Positions 1 to 17,080 of a stretch of 64,000 bases of DNA are shown here, piece after piece. The stretch spans positions 18,104,001-18,168,000 of the forward strand of contig OX597817.1 in NCBI GenBank assembly GCA_951406725.2, given 5' to 3'. The notes beneath the pieces were generated by a model. That model was not told the DNA's origin. It searched no databases and saw only the letters and a program-made list of their open reading frames with translations. Positions within the stretch are counted from its first letter, which is position 1. Each line of letters opens with the position of its first letter. The position numbers and the translations under genes are program-made. The stretch comes from Octopus vulgaris (Eukaryota).

Positions 1-765
1 TTTATCAGCTGAGTCTATCGTCAATATTGTCACGCCTCCTTCCTTCAAACGGGAAGGAAGAGCTATTTTCATCATCCTTGTGGCTATGGCGAAAGAATGT
101 ATCTGGTGGACGCGTCTGAAAGGATTGGAGACAAACACTTTCCTCTCTGGTCAATCTCTCATCAACTTCTTCAAGTACCACTTGAAAAGGAAAGTGAGAG
201 TAGAGAGGCAAGTTTTGTCTAGCGAATGTTTTAAAAAAAGATGGGTGAATGTAGCAAGGATGGCACGTATGAATGACGAAGCCACCTTGAGCATAATCCT
301 ATGAACCCAGAAATTGAAAACAGAGGGTTACCCACTTGCAAACAAATGTGGTAACATATAACAATATTGACCAAGGTTACCGTGGTCTTTTTCGTAGGTT
401 TTTCTTCCCACGGATAAACCTTACTTGCTTTCCCCTTTACACCATATATCATAACACTGTGATACACGATCCCTATTGATCGTTTTTCCTCTTCCCCTTT
501 TTTTCCCCTTTTTTCTTCTTTTTTCATTTCTCTTTCCTTTTGTTCCTTTTCCTTTTCTTTTTTTTCTTTTTATTCTTTTTATTTTATTCAATTTTTTTTT
601 TTTTGTTTTTGTTCTTTTCTTCCCTTTTACGATCCCTCTTGATCGAAAACCTACGCCACCCCCTTTTTTTTCTTTTGTTTTTTGTTCTCTTCATCCCCCA
701 AAAGAAAAGCTCTACCTTGTAACTTGTCCCATCTGTGTGCAGCCCTGTGTGGCCAATAAAGAAAC
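1..765 (+). mobile_element. Tx1-clade (L1-like) LINE 3' end, copy 0 (cut by window start): ORF2 C-terminus, stop at 304, then pyrimidine-rich 3' UTR
   Basis: Encodes ...[43 protein letters not shown]...; near-identical to 44991-45720 and 45870-46672; AATAAA at 755-760, then GAAAC running directly into (TATC)n. Confidence 0.85.
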
Positions 766-1088
<323 letters not shown>

Positions 1089-1410
1089 TTTCAAAGCACA
1101 AACTTCCTTGCTGCAATTGTTATTGCATATTGTTTTAGCAACATCAAGTCGCAAATGGAGAAATTACTTTCATGAAATTTTGGGCTGTTCTAATTACATA
1201 TATTATGTTCTCCACAGAAGAGTAACGCAATCGACAATTGATGTTGCATCTTGGAAATTTAAGGACTTCACTATCTCGTTTCTTCAGTATATTATTTCGT
1301 AGCTATCATTTGCTCTCCGATTGCAAACGCATAATCTTTCAGATGTCAAGTGATGTAACGGTCATGAATCCAAGAAAGGCTACACTTTATGTTAATATTA
1401 TCATCTGCAA

Positions 1411-1806
1411 AGGCGGCGAGCTGGCAGAATCTTTAGCACGCCGGGCGAAATGGTTAGCGGTATTTCGTCTGCCGTTACGTTCTGAGTTCAAATTCCGCCG
1501 AGGTCGACTTTGCCTTTCATCCTTTCGGGGTCGATAAATTAATTACCAGTTACGCACTGAGGTCGATGTAATCGACTTAATACCTATGTCTGTCCTTGTT
1601 TGTCCCCTCTATGTTTAGTTCCTTGTGGGTAATAAAGAAATAGGTATTTCGTCTGCTGTTACGTCCTGAGTTCAAATTCCGCCGAGATCGACTTTGCCTT
1701 TCATCCTTTCGGGGTCGATAAATTAAGTAGCAGTTGCGTACTGGGTCGATCTAATCGACTGACCTTCTCCCCCAAAATTTCGGGCGCTGTATCTAGAGTA
1801 GAAAAG
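1411..1806 (+). mobile_element. tRNA-derived SINE family A, dimeric body
   Basis: A box TGGCAGAATC, B box GAGTTCAAATTCC, central GTCGACTTTGCCTTTCATCCTTTCGGGGTCGATAAATTAAGTACCAG (resembles the Meta-type SINE domain); 13-bp direct repeat AATATTATCATCT at 1394-1406 and 1807-1819. Confidence 0.85.
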
Positions 1807-1959
1807 AATATTATCATCTTCACATTAATGGAAACATAGCCCTGCCAAGCCTTTGTTGAAGTATGTTAGTCTTGCACGTGGTAAGCCATCAGGAGGTGAT
1901 ACACACCCACCCATACACCCACACATCCATTCATCCATACGCACACACACATATGAGAA

Positions 1960-2545
1960 ATAGAGAAATAGGTATTTCGTTCAAGCTCGTTGCGATCACT
2001 GAGTTCAAATTCCGCCGAGGTCGACTTTGCCTTTCATCCTTTCGGGGTCGATAAATTAAGTACCGTTACGCATACGAGGTCGATGTAATCGACTTAATAC
2101 CTACGTCTATCCTTGTTTGTCCCCTCTATGTTTAGTCCCTTGTGGGTAATAAAGAAATAGGTATTTCGTCTGCTGTTACGTCCCTGAGTTCAAATTCCGC
2201 CGAGGTCGACTTTGCCTTTCATCCTTTTTCGGGGTCGATAAATCTAAGTACCAGTTACGCACCGGGGTTGATGTAATCGACTTCAAATCCGTTTGTCTGT
2301 CCTTGTTTGTCCCCTCTGTGTTTAGCCCCTTTGTGGGTAATAAAGAAATAGGTGATTTCGTCTGCTGTTACGTCCTGAGTTCAAATTCCGCCGAGGTCGA
2401 CTTTGCCTTTCATCCTTTCGGGGTCGATAAATTAAGTAGCAGTTGCGTAGTGAGGTCGATCTAATCGACTGACCCTCTCCCAACATTTCCCGGGCCTTGT
2501 ATCTAGAGTAGAAAAGAATATTATCATCTTCACATTAATGGAAAA
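1960..2545 (+). repeat. Tandem array of three headless SINE-A body units (~190 bp), duplicating 1640-1835
   Basis: Units start near 1971, 2160 and 2351; it ends with the same flank GAAAAGAATATTATCATCTTCACATTAATGGAAA as 1801-1834. Confidence 0.8.
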
Positions 2546-3594
2546 CACCGTGAGTCCGCTGTCCTAATCAGTAGGCCATTGCGCCTCCACATATACATAT
2601 ATATATATATATACAGAGAGAGAGAGATAGAGAGAGATAGAGAAAGAGAGAGGGAGAGGAGATGAGAGAGAAACGTTTTATATATCATATATATTCTGGT
2701 CCTACTTTTCGCGTCAACATTCAACTCGCTTTTTCTCGTGTTTTCTCATGAATCAGCTTTCTGGTTTTCAAATAAGACTAACCGTTTTCGTTTCCCGTTG
2801 AGTTCTACGTCTTGTTGTGGTGTCCTGTACTCACGTATATATATTTATATATGCATGTATATATACATGTAGATGTAGGTACGTACATATATGATTTGAA
2901 ACTCTTTGCTTATTTATGACTATAACAGCTATTGATACAGAGGTTACTATATAGAGAGAGAGAGAGAGATTGAGAGAGAGAGAGAGCGAGATATATAACA
3001 AACGTTTTATTCTCACTATGTCTTCTGGTCGTACTTTTCGCGTCAACATTCAACTCAAATGAATTTATCCATTTAGTCTCGCGGAAGATGAGAAAGATGA
3101 ACCTGAAACACTGCTTGGAGACATAAGGCACGGTATATAAATCTGCTTAATTACCGTGTCTCCATGATTTGAAGAAATCTATGGACATCAGCCAATATTT
3201 CTTTGGGGCATTCAGTTTGCCGATAGGCGCAGATCCTAATAGGTGCAAAAACATCTTACAATCATCTGATCTATCAAATACCAAATGAATTTATCCATTT
3301 AGTCTCGCGGAAGATGAGAAAGATGAGGAAGTCTGAGAAAATGAAAGCAAACTCATTTCATTCTAGAGAAGAAATCTATGGACATCAGCCAATATTTCTT
3401 TGGGGCATTCATTGCCGAGTGTACTAGAATTTTTAAATATGACTTTACGATCCAATGACATCATCCAAAGATTAATGTGGGCTGTAAATGATGTCAGAAT
3501 TTCTCAAGAGACTATTTCCGCAACGAAAGGTTTTCTCACGTCCGAGTATACTAGAATTTTTACATATGACTTTACACGAACACACAGACACACA

Positions 3595-3632
<38 letters not shown>

Positions 3633-3839
3633 GCCAGTATGTACAAGGACCTGTAACGCATACTGTTCATTCCACCATCAGCTGCTGAATATAAGTATAT
3701 ATTTAATTTTGTATACCTATTCTTTTCCAGAAACATACACCCATATATAGGGAGATGATATATAGAACATGTATGTATATTTTAATGTATATACTTTATG
3801 TTCTTCGTGTCATTTCATTCTTTCTATTTTAAATATTCG

Positions 3840-3903
<64 letters not shown>

Positions 3904-3916
3904 ATACATACATACA

Positions 3917-4021
<105 letters not shown>

Positions 4022-4023
4022 AG

Positions 4024-4305
4024 AGAGGCTCATAACCTAGTGGTTAGAGCAGCGGACTCGCAATCGAGGGATCGCGGGTTCGAATCTCAGACCGGGTGAT
4101 GTGTGTGTTTATGAGCGAAACACCTAAGCTCCACGCGGCTCCGGCAGAAGGTAATGGATAATTTCTGCTGACACTTTCGCCAACTTTCTCTCACTCTTTC
4201 CTCCTGCATCTTGCAGCTCACCTGCGACGGTCCAGGTGGGGAACCAAGGAAACCGAAACTGGAAACTGGCCCCAATGAGCCAGGCATGGCTCGAGAAGGA
4301 ACAAA
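4024..4305 (+). mobile_element. tRNA-derived SINE family B
   Basis: Head ACCTAGTGGTTAGAGCAGCGGACTCGC...GGGTTCGAATCTC; body shared with the 28712, 34595 and 49175 copies. Confidence 0.8.
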
Positions 4306-4339
4306 CACACAGACACAGACACACACACACATACACACA

Positions 4340-4399
<60 letters not shown>

Positions 4400-4601
4400 G
4401 ACACACACACGCACACACATATATATAATCTCTTTATATATATGATTTCTTGGATATCGCAATTTTTCTACTTCATCGAGTCTTTCTTCAAGCTCATGCT
4501 CCAAGAAATATTTTCGTTATATCTACGAAATGTTTATTTCCATCTTTAATGTAATATTAATATATATATTATTTTATATTATAATACATTTTTTCGCTGT
4601 G

Positions 4602-4897
4602 TCACTGTTCGATTAGACTGTCGGATGTTGTTATACACCGATGGTCACAATACGCTTCCTATTATTATTGTAGTTTTCATATGATGCCACCCCGCTGGTT
4701 AGGTGGAAAGGCCAACACTCCCTCTGAACTGAACGCTATTCAGTCGCAGTGTTGTCCATTTACTGTTGAGTAAATTGGAGTAACGTGAAGTGAAGTGTTT
4801 TCCTCAAAATACAATGTAGCGCCGGTCTTCTGAGAACCGAAACCACGGTCTTGCGATTGCGAGTGCAACACTCTAACCACTAGGCTACACGTTTTCA
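4602..4897 (-). mobile_element. Diverged SINE: family-C-like head with the same tail as the 28712 copy
   Basis: Reverse complement has a GTAGCCTAGTGGTTAGAGTGTTGCACTCGC head; tail ...GCATTGTGACCA.CG.TGT.TAACAACATC.GA.AG.CT. Confidence 0.6.
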
Positions 4898-5098
4898 CAT
4901 TATTGTTTTTATTATATTATGCGTATGTTTGCTTTGTGTACATATCTGTGAGTGTGTGTCAAAGTTTCTAAAGCTACTTGGAATGTCATACCTCTATAGT
5001 ACTGCAGTTGCTCTTCATTTGAGTGATCTGAGAACTAGCATTTATTGTGTAGCTACAGATCCGTCACACATCTACAAACACGCATACACACACACACG

Positions 5099-5139
<41 letters not shown>

Positions 5140-5439
5140 GCACACACACAAATGCACACTGAAATACGCAAAGATGCATTTGTAAACGAAATCTCGTCGA
5201 GGTCGAAGGTTGGATGACAAAAGAGATTTTCACCAAGGAATGATCGATGCTTCAAAGTAGTTAGATAGGAATGAAGGCAGTCTACTTTAATAGCGGTACG
5301 GAATAAAAACAACTCCCAGAACAAAACCAAACTAAGCCAAACCTAACCTTAACCTAACCTAGTCAAACCAAATCGAACCAAACAATCCTCTCCATTCACC
5401 CATACAAAACACCTTCATCACTAACAACAAATAAACACA

Positions 5440-8480
<3,041 letters not shown>

Positions 8481-8619
8481 ATAGTTGTCGTTGTGTAATC
8501 TTTCGTGGAGAGACGAAATCCTGTTGGCACGGAAAAGAACAAAGATAATAACAAATTAGCAATCTTTTCACTTTGCCCAACAAACAGTCTTATCACTGAG
8601 TGTGTAACACAAAATTCAT

Positions 8620-8872
8620 GATCATCACTATCACCAGCTCCAGTACCAGAACAACCACAACAACCAGCACCGATACCAGCACCAGCACACCTAGCACACT
8701 CCTCCTCCTCCTCCTCCTCCGCCTCCTCCTCCGCCTCCTCCTCCGCCTCCGCCTCCGCCTCCGCCCCTCCTCCTCCTCCCCTCCTCCTCCTCCTCCTCCT
8801 CCTCCTCCTCCTCCTCCTCATCATCATCACCATCACCACCATCATCATCATCATCACGACCATCATCATCAC

Positions 8873-8916
<44 letters not shown>

Positions 8917-9016
8917 CCATCATCATCACCATCATCATCACAATCATCATCAACATCATCATCACCACCAGCACCAGCACCACCACCAGCACCAGCACCA
9001 GCACCGCCAACACCAC

Positions 9017-9072
<56 letters not shown>

Positions 9073-9074
9073 CC

Positions 9075-9108
<34 letters not shown>

Positions 9109-9292
9109 TTGATTTTATTGTAGTTATTGACATTATTGTTGGTGGTGTTATTGTAGTAGTAGTAGTTGTTGGTGTTATTGTAGTAGTAGTAGTTGTTGTC
9201 CTTCTTCTTCCTCCTCCTCCTCCTCCTCCTCTTCTTCTTCTTCTTCTTCTACTTCTTCTTCCTCTTCCTCTTATTATTATTGTTGTTGTTGC

Positions 9293-9323
<31 letters not shown>
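8620..9323. repeat. Compound trinucleotide microsatellite (CAC/CAG/CTC/CAT/TAG/CTT/TTA)
   Basis: Direct reading; source of the poly-His/poly-Met pseudo-ORFs. Confidence 0.95.
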
Positions 9324-9325
<2 letters not shown>

Positions 9326-9805
9326 GACGAAAAGGAAATGCTTGAAGACAAATACATTCCCCCTTCAGCCAATCATTCGCAAACTTTTTCATGTTTGACT
9401 TTGAAATGAATGTAAGACAGTAGCGTGCATCGTCTTGGAGAGAAATGATACTCTCTTGAACGTTAAAAATATATATTGGCAAGAAAACAGATGCGGAATA
9501 GGACTGGAATTTCTATCAGAGGTGAAAACAAGAACACTTGGAAAAGATCCTGGATATAATTCAGTTATCGAATGGGGTAGAAATCTACATCAAGGTGGAG
9601 GACAGAAGAGCCAGTGTCAAATATGTGACAATGCCAACCTCCATAAGTCTTTCTGCTCTCGACAGAGGGTGAAAGTATGGAAGCTTCGCTGCTTTCGAGA
9701 TTACGAACACAGCAATTACAACACCAACAACAACGTATAACTACTGCAACAGGAACCACAACAGCTACAACAGTAAAAGTTCAGTAACGGAAGCAACTAA
9801 AACAG

Positions 9806-10173
9806 AGAGAGGCGGTAGGATGGAACCCACACTCGCTTCCTTATGAGAGCTCAAAATCTCTCGTGGAAGTGCCATCCAACCAAAATGCAAATATATGGGA
9901 AACTACCACCTGTGTCATCTCTTGTGAAAGGTAGGAGAGTCCAGTTTGCTGGACATTGTTGTAGAGCTGAAAAGAGGTAATTTCTACTCTTCTCCTCTGG
10001 AAGCCATCTACTCGCAATACCAGAGGGCGCACACTCTCCTACCCTGATGTAATCTCCAGGGTTACAGGCATCCAGCAACAGGACCTCCGTAATGCCATGA
10101 TGGACCGTGAAGTCTGGCGTAGCATGGTAAATTCCATTGTCTCGACCACGGTCGAACAATGATGATGATGATG
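9806..10173 (+). mobile_element. RTE-group LINE 3' fragment with (TGA)n tail
   Basis: Highly similar to the reverse complement of 17081-17490; ends ...GTCGAACAA(TGA)n; possible TSD AAAACAG at 9799-9805 and 10174-10180. Confidence 0.8.
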
Positions 10174-10599
10174 AAAACAGTGGCAGTAGGTACGGCTGCA
10201 GTAGCAACCACTGGAACAGTAGCGCTAAGGGAAACAGGAACAGAATTCATTCCCATGGCAGCAACTGAAACAACAACTACAAGAACAATATCACCAACAT
10301 TAGCAACAGAATCCTCCAGCCCGAGCACTTCAGGTTATTCAGATATGTCATGCAACAAGGACAACATCGGGGAACCAATGGAGAGTATGATGAGCACATG
10401 CAATTCGATTCTAAACAGATGTAAGCGGCGGCTTTTCAGTGGTAATTTTCTCGACTTTTCGGAACGATCAGTTGGCTGGACCGCAGGATGGACTTCAATG
10501 TGTCCTTCGCAATTCCTGGCACGGTGGTGTAGAGTGTTAATAAAACTGATAGCAGCACCTGAAAGGCCGGTAACAGCCCGGAAAACGATGACTGTCTGT

Positions 10600-10915
10600 G
10601 CGAGAGGCTACTGACCTGGTCTTGTTGGTCTACCCATTGAGCTTTACGCCACTATGATACACTCGTTTGGCGACCTATTGGTAGATGTCTGCCACAACTG
10701 GCAGTAGAACAGAATACCCATTTCTGTTAGCCGAAGAGTAGTGGTACTGTCAAGAAAGGATCGAAAAAACCGAACATGAGAGACCACACTGACAATTTTA
10801 GGCCCATAACTCTACTAAACACAGAGCTCAAGTTCTTAACCAAGGTGCTAGCAAAGAGGTTGTTACTTCTCGTCAGTGGTCTGGTCAGTGATGTGCAGGC
10901 ATATATACAACCCTG
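10600..10915 (+). mobile_element. Decayed Tx1/L1-clade reverse transcriptase fragment
   Basis: DNFRPITLLNTELKFLTKVLAKRL motif, homologous to 57237-57725. Confidence 0.75.
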
Positions 10916-10939
10916 TGTGGCAGCAGCTGGCAAGATATA

Positions 10940-11168
10940 TATTTCTTTACTACCCACAAGGGGCTAAACATAGAGGGGACAAACAAGGACAGACAATGGG
11001 ATTAAGTCGATTACATCGACCCCAGTGCGTAACTGGTACTTAATTTATCGACCCCGGAAGGATGAAAGGCAAAGTCGACCTCGGCGGAATTTGAACCCAG
11101 AACACGTAACGGCAGACGAAATACGGCTAAGCATTTCGCCCGGCGTGCTAACGATTCTGCCAGCTCGC
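10940..11168 (-). mobile_element. SINE family A monomer
   Basis: Reverse complement of 1415-1640; TSD GCAAGATATA at 10930-10939 and 11167-11176. Confidence 0.88.
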
Positions 11169-11872
11169 AAGATATAGTTGTATGAGACAAGGAGCTAAAG
11201 TTGTGCACCGTTGTTGAGATCAGTTATCCAGCGTATATTCATGTCTGCTCAAAAACTGGGGAAAAGAAGAACAGTTTATGTTCTGATGAGAAATCTACTG
11301 CTCTTATAAACAAGCTATAGATTTTCATTTGTTCTTATTATCATAGGCACATCGGGTTACATAACAACAGAGTTGCATAGAAACCTAGAAATGCTTGGTT
11401 CTTCAATACAGAAGAGAGCAGACTAACTCGCATTCTCCAGATAAAACGATTAGAGAAACTGAAAATTTGTAAAACATTTCAAGGATTCTTCATTTTAGTT
11501 TTTTCGGTAAATATATGTACACAATCACACATGCATAATGGAGTACATATGAAGGCGCACACACAAAAGTAATGAAACACACACACTTGTGTTCTATTGT
11601 GACATACATATATACATCACGCACATATGCATGCATACATCAACCGATACAGGTAACCAAAAACCCCAAGAACTGACATGACTTAGATAAAAGAGCCTTG
11701 GCACTTTGTTAGTGGCCGATTTGAATTGTACAAAAACGCTCCCAATATAAACAAACAAAAAAGCAAAGGAAAACAAAAAGCAAAGAAAATACAAAAACAT
11801 CCTTAAAACGAATCCCAAAGAGATAGAGATAGATTGAGAGATAGATAGATGCACACATACACATACACACAT

Positions 11873-11961
<89 letters not shown>

Positions 11962-12712
11962 AACAACCTCTCCTCTCTCTCTCTATCTATCTATATTTGA
12001 ATATACATTCGTACACACACATATATGATTACCCTCATCTGGGCCTTTCTATTCTAGTGTAAGCGAGAAAATATATGCCAGCACTCCTACCTAAGCACTG
12101 ACTTTGACAAACAAAGCACGAATATTACATTAACGGTCTCCCACTTGGAAAATCAGGCGAAAATGAAATATTTGTTTCCTAATACAAGCTGAATGTTTGG
12201 TGGGTTATTATAGTTTTTTTTTTTATTTTCTTCTTCTTTCGTTCATTCTATCAGCAGTGACATTATAACCCATATCTCACCAATCTCTCTAAAACTAGTC
12301 CTTATCTAGAATCTATTTCGTTGAACATATTTCTATCGGGGGCTCCGAAACGATTCTCAGCAAATAAATTTTCTTTCGGGTGCCTGCCTTTCTTGTGTGT
12401 GATTGTGTGTAATTGTGTAGTTTGTGTGAGTGTGGAAGAGTATTTCTTGTGTGTGTCATTTCTCTGTGTGCTTCTACACATATACACGCGCTCTCTCTCT
12501 CTCCCTCTCTTTCTCATACACACACACTATACGCCCATGCACACACGAACACACATGTGTGTACATATAAGTATATGAGTAATGTGTGGTGTGTTTCTGT
12601 GCTTTCTGTTATTGTCGAATGACTTGGGTATCTTTAATCTACTTGAAAAGTATTCGTACAAAGCAAGCACATTATACTATAGGGTGATAAAATATGTACG
12701 TGTGTGTGTGTA

Positions 12713-12772
<60 letters not shown>

Positions 12773-12974
12773 TGTGTGTGTGCATACATGTGCATGTGCG
12801 TATGAGAGAGTGTACATATATGTACATATATATGCACACATATATTTACACATATATGTGCAGGTATGAATATATGAATATATGCATATATAAATTTATG
12901 TGTGAGTGTATGCATAACTGATGTATACATACGTTCTTATGTATACATATGTATGTGTATACACATATATATGC

Positions 12975-13007
<33 letters not shown>

Positions 13008-13072
13008 TACATATATATATATGCATATGTGTTATCTAAATATATACATACACACACACATATATATATATG

Positions 13073-13103
<31 letters not shown>

Positions 13104-13150
13104 GATATATAAAATATATTTACATGTATGCATGCATATATGTATATTTA

Positions 13151-13198
<48 letters not shown>

Positions 13199-13638
13199 CA
13201 CACACATATGCATATATATATATATCGTCTTATAAAACATGCCTTTTGTAATTTAACGTCTGAAAAGAAATATAAATCATACGAAAAACTTCAATGTAAA
13301 ATTATCAGAAAGCTCTATAAGATATATGAAATATATAAACTGTCCCTGTTATAGGTTAATATCTGATATTTTCTACTTATGGTGTTTACTGTCCTGTATG
13401 AATATTTGTGTTTCTATGTGTGTGCCTGCTTGAACGGTGGCATTGTTTCACAACCACCTGCATCTGGGTTCAGTCCCGTCTCACGGAACTCCAGGCAATT
13501 ATTTTCTCCAGAACTCAGCAAAAAGCAAATGGTTTGGAAGCTGTTTCTTTCAGTTTCTGATAAAACTAAACACCGTTCTTTTTTAGCGATGCTCTACTGT
13601 ATATGTATGGAACATCTATTTGTATGTCAATGCAATCA

Positions 13639-14008
13639 TCTCTCTATATATAAACGGCAGTTTGTCTGTGTGTGTTTCTGTGTGTCTGTTAGGTTGTACC
13701 CTCACCCTGACCACGGCTTTCAACCGATTCTGATGAAACTTGACACACACATAGCCCAATGTCATAATTCAAAACTAACGCAGCGAAAATTTTGAAAAGT
13801 TCCCCCAGTTCTGAAAAAAATCGATAAATTCGACATGGGGTCGAGAATCAGAAACACAAACAACAGACTGTCTAGGGGACGCAACTCGACCTTTTTAACT
13901 AAAAAAAATTTACCATCATTTTTTTTCCATTTTTTTGCTATAACTCTCTAAAAATGCTTTATAGTTATTTCCCTTACAAACCCGAGCAACGCCGGGCGAT
14001 ACTGCTAG
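13639..14008 (+). mobile_element. Non-autonomous Helitron (type H1)
   Basis: A|TC start, CTAG|T end, subterminal hairpin CCCGAGCAACGCCGGG, no TSD; full-length sibling at 59197-59582. Confidence 0.85.
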
Positions 14009-14062
14009 TTTTACAATAAATAGGATATTATTAGTCTTTTTACTGTATGTATATTGCTAAAT

Positions 14063-14323
14063 GTGGAGGCGCGTGGCTTAGTGGTTAGGGCGTCAGCATC
14101 ATGATCGTAAGATTGTGGTTTCGATTCCTGGACCGGGCGACGCGTTGTGTTCTTGAGCAAAACACTTCATTTCACGTTGCTCCAGTCCACTCAGCTGGCA
14201 AAAAGGGTAACGCTGCGATGGACTGGCGTCCCGTCCAGCTGGGGAGCACATACGCCACGGAAACCGGGAAACCGGGCCCATGAGCCTGGCCAGGCTTTAA
14301 AAGGGCGCATTTATTTAGTTTAT
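14063..14323 (+). mobile_element. tRNA-derived SINE family C (V-domain-like GCGATGGACTGGCGTCCCGTCCAG)
   Basis: A box TGGCTTAGTGG, B box GGTTTCGATTCC; TSD TATATTGCTAAAT at 14050-14062 and 14324-14336. Confidence 0.88.
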
Positions 14324-14476
14324 TATATTGCTAAATATCGTTAAAAAGGCTTCGGCATAAACTGCATCGATAGAGGAATGATGAAAATGCATTTTTGTAC
14401 TTAGTTGTCCTCCGAGTTTCTTTTCTGCGATCTTCAGACTATCATGAAAATTGTAAATTAAATGGTATATAATAGA

Positions 14477-14857
14477 CTAGCAGTATCGCCCGGCGTTGCT
14501 CGGGTTTGTAAGGGAAATAACTATATAAGCATTTTTAGAGAATTATAGCAAAAAAATAGCAAAAAAATGCATTAAAAATGATGGTAAATTTTTAAAAAAA
14601 TCGTTGACTCATCGTAGATATTTTTAGAGAGTTACTTCCCTTATATAATAGCGAAAAAATGGTAAAAAATGATGGTAAAGTATTTTTAAAATCGTAGACT
14701 CATCGTAGACGCGCGCTAATACCCAGAAGGGCTCGATATGAATCACGACTATAAGATACCCGGTTTTGGTTAAACTGCACCGCAAAATGTGGGAGTAGTT
14801 AGGAATCTAAATCGTAAGAGACAGACACTCACACAACTTCACTTTTATATATAAAGA
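14477..14857 (-). mobile_element. Non-autonomous Helitron (type H2)
   Basis: Same 3' hairpin and CTAG end as H1, different 5' half; siblings at 16071 and 35407. Confidence 0.85.
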
Positions 14858-15547
14858 TATAGAGTGGAGATGTTTTGATACCATAAAAAACGCTGTTGGA
14901 TGAAACGGAGGAGATAATGAGTAAGAGAAGCGAAAATAAGGATGTAAGGTATGAAAAGTCTATTTAAGTACAAAAATATATAAAAATATAAATTATGATT
15001 CCGCATGCGTAAAAAATCCAACTTTGCAAAGGAAATAACTTGAAATTTTTAGATGTCTTATAAAACCTAGAAATCTCCAAAAATAAACAAGGCTCTTATT
15101 TTCTTAAGTATTCGAAATATTACTGAGATTGTCCGTTTTGAAAGTACATTGTTGGAAAGTATTTTGGATCGTGTTTATGATCGCTCAGACATTTCGTTTA
15201 GCCATGAATATTTTAGAAGAAAAGGAATAGTTTTTCGCTTGGGCATAACCTACAGCGGAAATTCGAACAAAATGGTCAATTTCCGTTAAAAATATTATAA
15301 TATCTATAAAAATAAATTACTTTTAGCAAATCATTGGCAATATTTCTTGGCAAGTTAAAAATGAAAACTGGATTTTACTATAAAAATACCTATTGGGTGT
15401 ATTTTTACTATTAGTAACATTAGAACGGGTTGTGTATTTAGCGATAAAGCTGCAAATGCGAGAGTAATATTAAGAGCTGATGAACGTAAATTCATCTATA
15501 GATAGCAAGATATGTATTTACTAATATTAGGGGATAAATTTCGTAGA

Positions 15548-15825
15548 GAACCGTTAAGTTACGGGAACGTAAACACACCAGCATCGGTTGTCAAGCGATG
15601 TTGGTGGGGGGGGGGGGCAAACAGACACACAAACACGCACACATATACATATATATATATATATATACGACGGGCTTCTTTCATTTTCCGTCTACCAAAT
15701 CCACTCACAAGGCTTTGGTCGACCCGAGGCTATAGTAGAAGACACTTACGCAAGGTGCCACGCAGTGGGACTGAACCCGGAACCATGTGGTTCGTAAGCA
15801 AGCTACTTACCACACAGCCACTCCT
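15548..15825 (-). mobile_element. SINE family D (CORE-like, internal microsatellite), partial
   Basis: Matches 34091-34485; GTGGCACCTTG.G.AAGTGTCTT resembles the CORE domain. Confidence 0.8.
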
Positions 15826-16070
15826 ATATATGAATTATAATTTCATACGCGTAAAAAAAAAAAATCTTAGAAAGGGAAATATCTCAACATTTTTGTCTTC
15901 AAACTCCTGAATCTTCAAAAACAGAGGTTCAGAATACTCCTGAAATCATTCGCTTCGCCAACATGCTTGGAAAATATTTTGAAAGATTCCTACAACGGTC
16001 CAACAGCTTAAACCTCTCGTTGAAGTCATGTCTCGAAATAAAATGATTGAAATATCACTTTTATATAATA

Positions 16071-16464
16071 CTAGCAGTATCGCCCGGCGTTGCTCGGGTT
16101 TGTAAGGGAAATAACTATACAGCATTTTTTAGAGAGTTATAGCCAAAAAATAGCAAAAAATGCATTAAAAATGGAAAAAATATGATGGTAAATTTTTTTT
16201 AAAATCGTTGACTCATCGTAGACATTTTTAGAGAGTTACTTCCCTTTAAAAAAATATGCATGAAAATGGAAAAAAATGATGGTAAATTATTTTTAAAATC
16301 GTAGACTCAGCGTAGACAAGCGCTAATACCCAGAAGGGCTCGATATGAATCACGACTATAAGATACCCGGTTTTGGTTAAACTGCACCGCAAAATGTAGG
16401 AGTAGTTAGGAATCTAAATCGAAGGGGACAGACACTCACACAACTACAGTTTTATATATAAAGA
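16071..16464 (-). mobile_element. Non-autonomous Helitron (type H2)
   Basis: TC...CTAG termini and hairpin; highly similar to 14477-14857. Confidence 0.85.
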
Positions 16465-17080
16465 TACAGCACAAATTCAAATGACGTTTGCTATCTATGT
16501 ACGAAGATTCATTTCTAATTGTCCGTTTGATTTTAAACATAGATGTAACGATACTAGCTATGTTTGAATTTTAGAGTAAAGATACTGGAAATAGCCAATG
16601 TTGTGATATCTAGGAGTTTATTGGGATAGGGTTTATGAATGTGATGGGAATGTGGACTTAATTAAACCCTTGGAAAATGTTTACATTGTGCGAGATTTTC
16701 TTCGAGTGTTTGTTCAATTAAACAGAATTTTGAAAAAAGAAATTTCAAATGATCTTAAGATACAAAGTTGGTAGAGTTTGTTTTTGTTAAGATTGAATGG
16801 CTGAGCGTGTGAAATAATGATTCAGTTAATTTTGAAAGGTGTGTTGGGATTCTTGAGTGACCAAATGCATGAAAATAGCGAAGTATAAGACATTCTGCTA
16901 GAGTTACGTAATGAATACGCATGCAAGTTTTTACCATTTTTTTTTACAGAGCTAGCGATTAAACTTATGCATTTCTATCAGTGACATAGTAGAATATATG
17001 TTGAACCTCTCACCTACAGGTACAGCACCTCTGCTCATCTTAAATCAAGTGCTTCTATCCGCCACAAATCAAGTAAACAC

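Noticed and set aside
5325-5385. Telomere-like (AACCT)n
   Set aside because: Only a few degenerate units, and not TTAGGG.
10159-10614. 151-aa ORF as a host exon
   Set aside because: It begins in an RTE (TGA)n tail, runs through a degenerate (CAA/CAG) tract and leads into a decayed Tx1 fragment.
14063-14140. tRNA gene (also other SINE heads)
   Set aside because: A and B boxes are present but there is no proper cloverleaf or acceptor stem; it continues into a SINE body with a TSD.
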